In this document: positions 58,402-64,000 of the stretch, one piece after another
Position numbering within the stretch: the first letter of the stretch is position 1
Layout: each line of letters starts with the position of its first letter
From: Patescibacteria group bacterium
Lineage (GTDB): Bacteria; Patescibacteriota; Patescibacteriia; Patescibacteriales; JBAZCA01
Length of the DNA: 64,000 nt
Reading direction: 5' to 3'
Assembly (NCBI GenBank): GCA_041661405.1
Contig: JBAZUL010000003.1
Location: 20,707 to 84,706 of the forward strand
Notes under the pieces: model-generated
What the model was told of the DNA's origin: nothing
The model's input: the letters and a program-made list of their open reading frames with translations, nothing else
Database searches by the model: none
Translations under genes and position numbers: made by a program

Positions 58402-61400
58402 CTATCTCTTGGCTCCGCTATAGGCAATCGCTCTCACAATGTCCCAAGCCATAGCGCTCTTTGGCGCGTAGCCGTAGATGAATTTAAAAGATTTGATGGC
58501 TTGTTTTTCCGAATTCAAATTCCTGTTGGCTGGTCTTAGGCCATAGGAGATTACGGCAATGGCGTTATTGTCGTGAGTATTGGTTTTGTCCGGTTCTCTC
58601 AGATAGATTTTCTTAAACGCCGCCTCGGCGTTCTTCTCAGTCACAGTGTTCTTCTGTCCCGGCCATCTGCCATTGGCGATTTTAATGATATCGTTCCAAT
58701 CGGTTTCGGTTGCCGGGTTTCGGCCAAAGGCCGATTTGAATGAGGCGATGACGCCGGAGCGTTCGCCCGAGCCTAGTATTTTTGTTGTCCCGGTTCCGGC
58801 GGTGATGAAACTGGTTAGAGCGTTTTTGGCTTTTGACGCTATAGCTTTGGCTTCGCTCTGGAGGGTTTCCAGGGCCGGAGTTGCGGTTTTCGGGGTTTCA
58901 CTATTGCTGTTTTTGTTATCATCGCTTCCCTCGCTGGCATTGGCCGCGGTTCCGGAGCTGTCGCCAATATCAGCGCCAGAGCTGTCATCACTGCTTCCAT
59001 CTCCTGTTTCATTATCATCATCGCTTCCGCTGTTCGCGCCAACGGACTGGTTTTGCTGGTTAAAAAGATAGCTGGGAACGGTATTGCAGTCCCGGGTGTA
59101 GGTCAGGGTATTGGAGTTAGTCGTGTTGCCGTTATTATCTAATGCCGCGATATACCAGGTATGGGCGCCGCAGGAGAAGTTTTGGGTTGGGTGTCGGGAG
59201 GTGGCGGTATTCGCGATATTGTCGGTATCCAGGATATTGTCTATGTAGAGCCGATATTTTTCTATGCCGGATTCAGTGTCGGATGAGGCGTTCCAGGAGA
59301 GCGTTGGCCGGGCCTCGGAGTTTACCGTATTATCCGCCGGGGAGGAGAGGGTGAATGAGGAGGGAGCGGCAGTATCTTTTTCCAATGAGAACGTATGGGT
59401 GGAATAGCCGCCCGAGTAGGTGAACTGGATAATACCTGAGGAGTCGGAGAGGCAGGTCAGGTTAGTTCCGTTGCCATAGCTCGTGGAACAAGTAGTATCG
59501 CCATAGCCGGTGATGGCCGTCGTAGTGGCAATATTGTCTATTTTAAATGTGTAGTAGGTACTGGCGAGGAGATCGCCTATTGTGTGGATGGTTGATGTGG
59601 CATGGGTCTGGCCAACGGCAGTGGCGCTAGAGGTCGCAATCCAGGATTTATTCTTGGCTCCGGTGGTTGACCATTCGGTGATGGAGATGTCCATGTAGGC
59701 CGAGGTTGAGGCCGTGTAGTACCCGCCTCCGGCGGGTACTACCGAGAAATTGGAAGTGGCGATAGTTTCAGTGGTGGTAGAGGCGGTTAATGCCCTGTAT
59801 TTGCCGTTAGAGTAGATCCTTATGGAGCCGGTTTTAGGGATGGCGTTCGTTCCCACAGTATAGGGCGGCTGGTACTCATACGCTCCGATGTCGGGGAGAC
59901 CGTAGATCGGGAAACCAGCGTAGTCGGTAGCTAGAGAGACGTCGGTTCCGGCGTCGATGGCGGGACTGTTGTAGGCCAGTTGGAAGTCGGCGGCGGCGGA
60001 GTAGTCGCCATTAGCATTTGTGAAAACAGGATTAGTCACAAAACCATTACTTTCACCGGATGCGCTTTGCCACGCAGTAAAATTTGCGCTCGCTACTCCA
60101 TTCCACATCCACCAAGCACCATCAACCGCATAATTATTATAATCAGCCACTGCAGTCATGCCCGCCGAAAATCTCACATGCCTAGTAGATGGCGTAGATC
60201 CAAAAATATTGTTTTTTATGGTAAAATTATGTCCCGTATAATTTCCTACATAAATACCATTTCCAGCTGTATATCCATAAAAAACATTATCATAAAAAAT
60301 ACCCGCGATACCTCCGGCGACAGTATTGTTATAAATAGAAGAGTTGAAACCATTAATGACATTATTATAAACTGTAACAGTTAAAGTCTGTGAAGTACCC
60401 AAATCAATGCCGTATAGATGATTGATTGTTCCCCCTGACATATAATTTCTATACACTAACCATGCTCCGGTTGGATAAGTATTAGCCCCAATATCCATAC
60501 CTCTCCTCGTATTTGTTATTATATTTCCATATATTTCACATCCTGATCCTCCAAAATCCCCCGCATATATTCCATTTGTATCTCCAGAATCATCTAGTGT
60601 GATAGTATTATTGTAAATCTTAACCGCACTGGAATTTACGCCGCTTACAGCTATACCCGAGTTAGTAGTACTGCCTCTTGTATTAGCCACTTTATTGATA
60701 GTATTTTCGTAAACATTGCCGTTATCTATTCCTTCATTAGTACCTGCGTTTGGTTCAAAATCGACGCCGGCATGTCCGCCACTGATTGTGTTACCAAAAA
60801 TATCCATGCCATCAGCATCAACAACAGCGATTCCTTGCCTGTCGATACTGTCCGCTCCTCCTCCAATTACATTATTACTAATAACAATATCTTCTGGTGT
60901 TTTTTCCGTTGCTATTTCCCAACTCACAAATATTCCATCTCCTTGAGTACCAATTTGTTGAGACTCAATCAAGTTTATTATATTGTTATCAATCGTTACA
61001 TTAGTAGCACCTCTAACGCAAGCGCCATAGCCAGTACCTGATTGAATAGTGTTATTATTTATATTTATGTAATCAGAACCAGGAGTAGCATAAATACCTC
61101 CTCCGTTAGTTGACCCGCTTGCCTCACCTTGAAAATATTCTATTACCAAACCATCTATCGTTATATAATCTTTGTCGTTAGTGCTTATCCCCATTCTTTG
61201 AGCGATTTCAAACGTATTTCCTGAAGGATCACTGCCGAGATATAAATTTCCGCCAGAATATTTCCATTCGTCTGCGCCAAGAGAACCGATTGTTCCTTTA
61301 AGCAAAACTGTACTTCCACGCATAACCCAAAAAGGTTCAGTAGCGTATGCCTTGTTGTACTCCCCATTTCCGTCCGGACCTGTCCAACCAGTGCCATTAT

Positions 61401-61842
61401 CCTGCATGCTGCCGTAAATCTTCGGATCATCCCCGCTCCCAAACGCTCCGAACGTAATTACACTACCGTCCGTCCCCGAAGCCGGAACCGTCAACTGCTC
61501 TCTCCAAGTTTGTCCTTTTCTAAAATAAACAAAGTCGCCAGGCTGAAGAGCAGCAAAAGCATTGATGTCGGCAATGGTTTTGAAGACAGAATCTGTACCG
61601 GTGTCGGTGGCGAAAGTAGTGTGGTCATAGGTGGTAAAATCCGGCGTGGCGCTCCCGACATTAGTGTCAGTCACTGAGGAGTCTACATAATATGTCGCCG
61701 CCTCCGCCCTCCCCGCCCCAAAAACAAAAAAACTTCCCAAAAAAATTGCGAAGAAAAAGACAAAATTAAAGAATCTGAAATTTTTAACTTTGAGATTTGA
61801 TTTTTGATTTTCTGTTAATCCCCCCCCCTGAGCCTGCCTCAT
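58402..61842 (-). CDS. giant secreted right-handed beta-helix protein with FN3-like domain and a repeated C-terminal module
   Basis: The ORF track gives 58402..61929. I prefer ATG 61842 (GAGG 7 nt upstream), giving 1146 aa. The signal peptide is KNFRFFNFVFFFAIFLGSFFVFGAGRAEA/ATYYVDSS. The N-terminal cap (FKTIADINAFAALQPGDFVYFRKGQTWREQLTV) and many PbH1-like turns (NNTI, NNII, GNTI, NNVI) indicate a beta-helix. The FN3-like region is PSSFTLSSPADNTV...PTLSWNASSD...YRLYIDN. An acidic S/D/G linker follows. The C-terminal double repeat ends in WDIVRAIAYSGAKR. Confidence 0.85.
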   Translation of the reverse strand: MRQAQGGGLTENQKSNLKVKNFRFFNFVFFFAIFLGSFFVFGAGRAEAATYYVDSSVTDTNVGSATPDFTTYDHTTFATDTGTDSVFKTIADINAFAALQPGDFVYFRKGQTWREQLTVPASGTDGSVITFGAFGSGDDPKIYGSMQDNGTGWTGPDGNGEYNKAYATEPFWVMRGSTVLLKGTIGSLGADEWKYSGGNLYLGSDPSGNTFEIAQRMGISTNDKDYITIDGLVIEYFQGEASGSTNGGGIYATPGSDYININNNTIQSGTGYGACVRGATNVTIDNNIINLIESQQIGTQGDGIFVSWEIATEKTPEDIVISNNVIGGGADSIDRQGIAVVDADGMDIFGNTISGGHAGVDFEPNAGTNEGIDNGNVYENTINKVANTRGSTTNSGIAVSGVNSSAVKIYNNTITLDDSGDTNGIYAGDFGGSGCEIYGNIITNTRRGMDIGANTYPTGAWLVYRNYMSGGTINHLYGIDLGTSQTLTVTVYNNVINGFNSSIYNNTVAGGIAGIFYDNVFYGYTAGNGIYVGNYTGHNFTIKNNIFGSTPSTRHVRFSAGMTAVADYNNYAVDGAWWMWNGVASANFTAWQSASGESNGFVTNPVFTNANGDYSAAADFQLAYNSPAIDAGTDVSLATDYAGFPIYGLPDIGAYEYQPPYTVGTNAIPKTGSIRIYSNGKYRALTASTTTETIATSNFSVVPAGGGYYTASTSAYMDISITEWSTTGAKNKSWIATSSATAVGQTHATSTIHTIGDLLASTYYTFKIDNIATTTAITGYGDTTCSTSYGNGTNLTCLSDSSGIIQFTYSGGYSTHTFSLEKDTAAPSSFTLSSPADNTVNSEARPTLSWNASSDTESGIEKYRLYIDNILDTDNIANTATSRHPTQNFSCGAHTWYIAALDNNGNTTNSNTLTYTRDCNTVPSYLFNQQNQSVGANSGSDDDNETGDGSSDDSSGADIGDSSGTAANASEGSDDNKNSNSETPKTATPALETLQSEAKAIASKAKNALTSFITAGTGTTKILGSGERSGVIASFKSAFGRNPATETDWNDIIKIANGRWPGQKNTVTEKNAEAAFKKIYLREPDKTNTHDNNAIAVISYGLRPANRNLNSEKQAIKSFKFIYGYAPKSAMAWDIVRAIAYSGAKR

Positions 61843-61877
61843 CGACTCGCCTCGCTGAGTCGAAGCGGGCAGGCAAG
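61821..61877 (-). repeat. GC-rich nested hairpin element, copy D, containing the SD and ATG of the giant gene
   Basis: Outer stem GCCTGCC/GGCAGGC (61832..61838 and 61868..61874). Inner stem TCGACTC/GAGTCGA (61842..61848 and 61857..61863). GAGG lies in the inner loop (61850..61853) and the ATG at 61840..61842. GGCAGGCTCA is shared with copy A. Confidence 0.7.
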
Positions 61878-62036
61878 CTATTTCAGTTTTTGTATATTCT
61901 CTTCTGTTTAGAGACATTCGTTGGAACATGTCTTTGGTTTTAGTTTTCCCGTTCCTTTCTTGTCTTATCTTCCAGCCAAAGGCGCGGGATTGGTTTATGT
62001 ATTTTAAAACTTTCTGGCTTGCTTGGTTCTTGAGTA

Positions 62037-62071
62037 TATTATAGCCGATTATTTCTTCTTTTTCGACAACA
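62037..62071 (-). repeat. 35-bp repeat (copy 1) spanning the last 7 codons, the stop and 12 downstream nt of the RhuM-like gene; contains TATAAT
   Basis: TATTATAGCCGATTATTTCTTCTTTTTCGACAACA is 32/35 identical to 63108..63142. The minus strand reads ...GAAGAAATAATCGGCTATAATA. Confidence 0.85.
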
Positions 62072-63050
62072 GCAATTTTTTCACTTCCCTGTCAAAATCG
62101 GAAATGTAATTTTTATCTTGCTTTTTGCGATATTTTTCAAACTCCGCTCCGGCTTTTTCTTCCGCCTCTTTGGCGCTGATTATTCCGGCGTTGGCTAGCA
62201 ACTTTTTCTCGCTTAATTTCAGAAATTCGTCTAGCTTGGATATCCAGTCTCGCATAGTCATCAGCCGCTCATTGGTAGCCTGAAGTTCCGCGAAATCAAG
62301 ATAAAGCGAGACGATTAAGTTCAGCTGTTTAATTTCTTTTTCCGACAAATAATTTTTGGCAATTTTTATGTCATGAGCGGTAATATAATTTCCCTTAAAA
62401 CTTGTCAGCCCCATCAGCGGCTTTTTGCTGTCGGCTCGTTTCACGATTATCTCGGCCGCCGTGTGCCCATGCACGGCATAATGCATCTTATTTTGCACCG
62501 TGGCGAAAAATTGTTTGGTGTTTTCCGTATCTTTTTTATAATCAACGCTAGTCGCGTAGATATCCGTCACTTTTTGATAAAAGTTTCGCTCGCTGGAACG
62601 GATATCGCGAATTCGCTGTAAAAGTTCCTGGAAATAACGCGCCCGTTCGCCGCCTTGTTTCAGCCGTTCGTCATCCAAAGTAAACCCCTTGATAATATAT
62701 TCCTTTAACCTCTGCGTCGCCCAAATCCGGAACTGGGTGCCTCGCAAAGAATTTATCCGATAACCGACGGAAATAATTGCATCAAGGTTATATAGTTTGA
62801 CTGGGCGGTTTACCGCTCTAACTCCCTCTTTTTGAACTACCGAGGATTCCTCGGATGTTCGATTTTCTTCTAATTCTCTTTCTATGTAAATATTCTTCAG
62901 GTGCAAGGCGACATTATCAATACTGCAATCAAAAAGCTCCGCCATCTGTTTTTGCGTCAGCCACACTGTTTCATGATCCAATTTCACTTCAACCCGGGTC
63001 TTGCCGTCGTCGGTAGTATAAATTATAATTTTATTGCTTTCTTTTTTCAT
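62049..63050 (-). CDS. rhuM: RhuM-family protein
   Basis: 333 aa. IIIYTTDDGKTRVEVKLDHETVWLTQKQMAELF...NVALHLKNIY, YNLDAIISVGYRINSLRGTQFRIWATQRLKEYIIKGF and SSERNFYQKVTDIYATSVDY fit my recollection of the RhuM family pattern. Confidence 0.8.
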   Translation of the reverse strand: MKKESNKIIIYTTDDGKTRVEVKLDHETVWLTQKQMAELFDCSIDNVALHLKNIYIERELEENRTSEESSVVQKEGVRAVNRPVKLYNLDAIISVGYRINSLRGTQFRIWATQRLKEYIIKGFTLDDERLKQGGERARYFQELLQRIRDIRSSERNFYQKVTDIYATSVDYKKDTENTKQFFATVQNKMHYAVHGHTAAEIIVKRADSKKPLMGLTSFKGNYITAHDIKIAKNYLSEKEIKQLNLIVSLYLDFAELQATNERLMTMRDWISKLDEFLKLSEKKLLANAGIISAKEAEEKAGAEFEKYRKKQDKNYISDFDREVKKLLLSKKKK

Positions 63051-63107
63051 AAATCAAACACCGCAAAAAAATCAAACGCAAGCTATTATTAGTTGCTTTG
63101 CTATCTT

Positions 63108-63142
63108 TATTATAGCCAATTATTTCTTCTTCTTCAACAACA
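63108..63142 (-). repeat. 35-bp repeat (copy 2) at the 3' end of the DinD/Bro-N-like gene; TTGAAG-N17-TATAAT promoter-like
   Basis: TATTATAGCCAATTATTTCTTCTTCTTCAACAACA. The minus strand reads TTGAAG aagaagaaataattggc TATAAT, about 60 nt upstream of the RhuM-like ATG. Confidence 0.85.
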
Positions 63143-63971
63143 TCTTCCCATCCGGTTTCCTTAAAAAGTTACCGGAAGATATCACCTTCTTTCCGGTCTT
63201 GCTCTCCAAATCAATCCGCGTTCTCCTCGCCACGCCTCCGCCTCTTCTTCCGGCAAGCTTGTTTTCCTCCATACTATCGGCGTTTTCACTTTGGGCGAAT
63301 TGCCGGGTAGAAAATTCCGCCAGAGCCGTGAAAATCAATTCCGCCTCGCTCATATGGTCGCGCAAATTTTGGGATTTTAGTCCTTTCAGATTTTTATGTT
63401 CCTTTACCGTCAGATCCGACCATTCCTTATGAATAATATTGGTTAGAATAGCAAACTCCTGTTTTTCGGAAATTCCGTGTTCACTCCAGTAATCCGTCAA
63501 TTTATTCCGCGTCTCCTGCCCCATCATCCTCTGCTGGATCCATTTTTGGCTTCGGCCGTGTTTTTTCCAGTTTTCCCGCGCCCGATTCAAAGACCTTTCC
63601 GGATCAGACATTTCCTGCAATCTTTCATAACCGACTTTGGCCAGCCACAATTTTATCGGTTCGGCTTTTTTGGATGGCACGGATTGGATAAGACGAAAAA
63701 TAGTTTCGGGATTAGCGACATCGGTTTCTCTCATTTTTCCATCTTCGGCGATCATTTTCAACCGGTTACATTTTGTAACCGCTTCACTTCCTTCCGCTTT
63801 TAAGCGATTTTTCAAAACTTTCCAATAATTTCTGGCTGCTTGAAAGTCGGGCTGATCCAGTAATGCCCGGATTATGTCCACCACAGAAAAATACCAAATC
63901 TCCGCCTTTTCGTCATAATGCCGGCGAATTTGGAAATTTTCAAAAATCGCTATTTTTGTGTTAGCATCCAT
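63120..63971 (-). CDS. Bro-N domain protein, DinD (DNA-damage-inducible protein D)-like
   Basis: 283 aa. The N-terminal sequence FENFQIRRHYDEKAEIWYFSVVDIIRALL is Bro-N style. The central/C-terminal VKEHKNLKGLKSQNLRDHMSEAELIFTALAEFSTRQ parallels the KEHNK...DHMGSTELAANLF region I recall from E. coli DinD. This was not verified by search. Confidence 0.65.
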   Translation of the reverse strand: MDANTKIAIFENFQIRRHYDEKAEIWYFSVVDIIRALLDQPDFQAARNYWKVLKNRLKAEGSEAVTKCNRLKMIAEDGKMRETDVANPETIFRLIQSVPSKKAEPIKLWLAKVGYERLQEMSDPERSLNRARENWKKHGRSQKWIQQRMMGQETRNKLTDYWSEHGISEKQEFAILTNIIHKEWSDLTVKEHKNLKGLKSQNLRDHMSEAELIFTALAEFSTRQFAQSENADSMEENKLAGRRGGGVARRTRIDLESKTGKKVISSGNFLRKPDGKMLLKKKK

Positions 63972-64000
63972 AAAAATACTATTAACTGCCTTCTGTCTGC

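Noticed and set aside
58402-58404. TAG reassignment or programmed read-through as the primary explanation for the in-frame extension
   Set aside because: TAG terminates other well-conserved genes here at their expected ends, for example the GT4 at 526 and the ABC permease at 21606. Genome-wide recoding is therefore excluded. Occasional local read-through remains possible but is unsupported.
58309-58440. Possible diversity-generating retroelement VR/TR pair, given the duplicated 30-nt segment at the 3' end of a surface-protein gene
   Set aside because: The duplicated segment is only about 30 nt long. Its mismatches are not adenine-specific (GTGAGA versus ATCCGG, GCC versus GCG). No reverse transcriptase gene is present in the window.
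61843-61929. First 29 codons of the ORF-track model of the giant gene (MFQRMSLNRREYTKTEIACLPASTQRGES)
   Set aside because: There is no Shine-Dalgarno sequence before ATG 61929. The stretch is mostly the translated GC-rich hairpin element. The internal ATG 61842 has GAGG at the correct spacing and still precedes the signal peptide.
62049-63971. Prophage or integrative element call based on the Bro-N and RhuM-like genes
   Set aside because: There is no integrase, terminase, capsid or tail gene, tRNA target or clear att repeats within the window. The evidence only supports calling this an accessory or defence-type islet at the window edge.

Overview
All credible genes in this 64-kb window (about 57) lie on the minus strand. 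TAA, TAG and TGA each terminate conserved genes, so the genetic code is standard. I found no rRNA, tRNA, CRISPR array, transposase or integrase. The gene content suggests a Patescibacteria/CPR-like bacterium, though this is inference: small tightly packed genes, an AckA+PduL fermentation pair, a compact F1Fo operon, charged low-complexity tails on housekeeping proteins and a giant beta-helix surface protein. In transcription order (right to left) the window holds: a DinD/Bro-N-like gene and a RhuM-like gene (63971-62049); a 1146-aa secreted beta-helix/FN3 protein (61842-58402); ftsK; a coiled-coil orphan pair; an MBL hydrolase; gyrA; a thioredoxin-fold lipoprotein; rpsA; ftsH; three membrane orphans; rsmI-metG-cvpA-tsaC-tatD; the atpZBEFHAGDC operon with an appended tandem NTF2-like gene; a DUF4143 AAA ATPase; groES-groEL behind a sigma70-like promoter and CIRCE operator; an AI-2E transporter; a GldA/F/G-like ABC system with a DUF4340 protein; pfkB-pduL-ackA; and a 16-kb operon-like surface-glycan cluster (15988-1). 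That cluster has seven GT4/GT2/GT-C glycosyltransferases, a pyruvyl transferase, a TylF-type methyltransferase fusion, a B12 radical SAM enzyme and a nitroreductase. The most unusual signals are these. (1) A G9 homopolymer sits at codons 5-8 of the giant surface-protein gene. That gene is bracketed by related GC-rich hairpin elements, and an in-frame relic of its C-terminal motif follows its TAG stop. (2) The same GC-rich palindromic element family has further copies at about 16.0 kb and 42.9 kb. (3) A 35-bp promoter-like repeat forms the 3' ends of two unrelated accessory genes. (4) Operon-internal spacers are built from 7-nt-periodic word repeats. (5) A GT2 + LAB_N + GT-C extracytoplasmic glycosylation module includes an uncharacterised toroid-like protein. 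All functional calls come from motif recognition by eye. No database search was possible.
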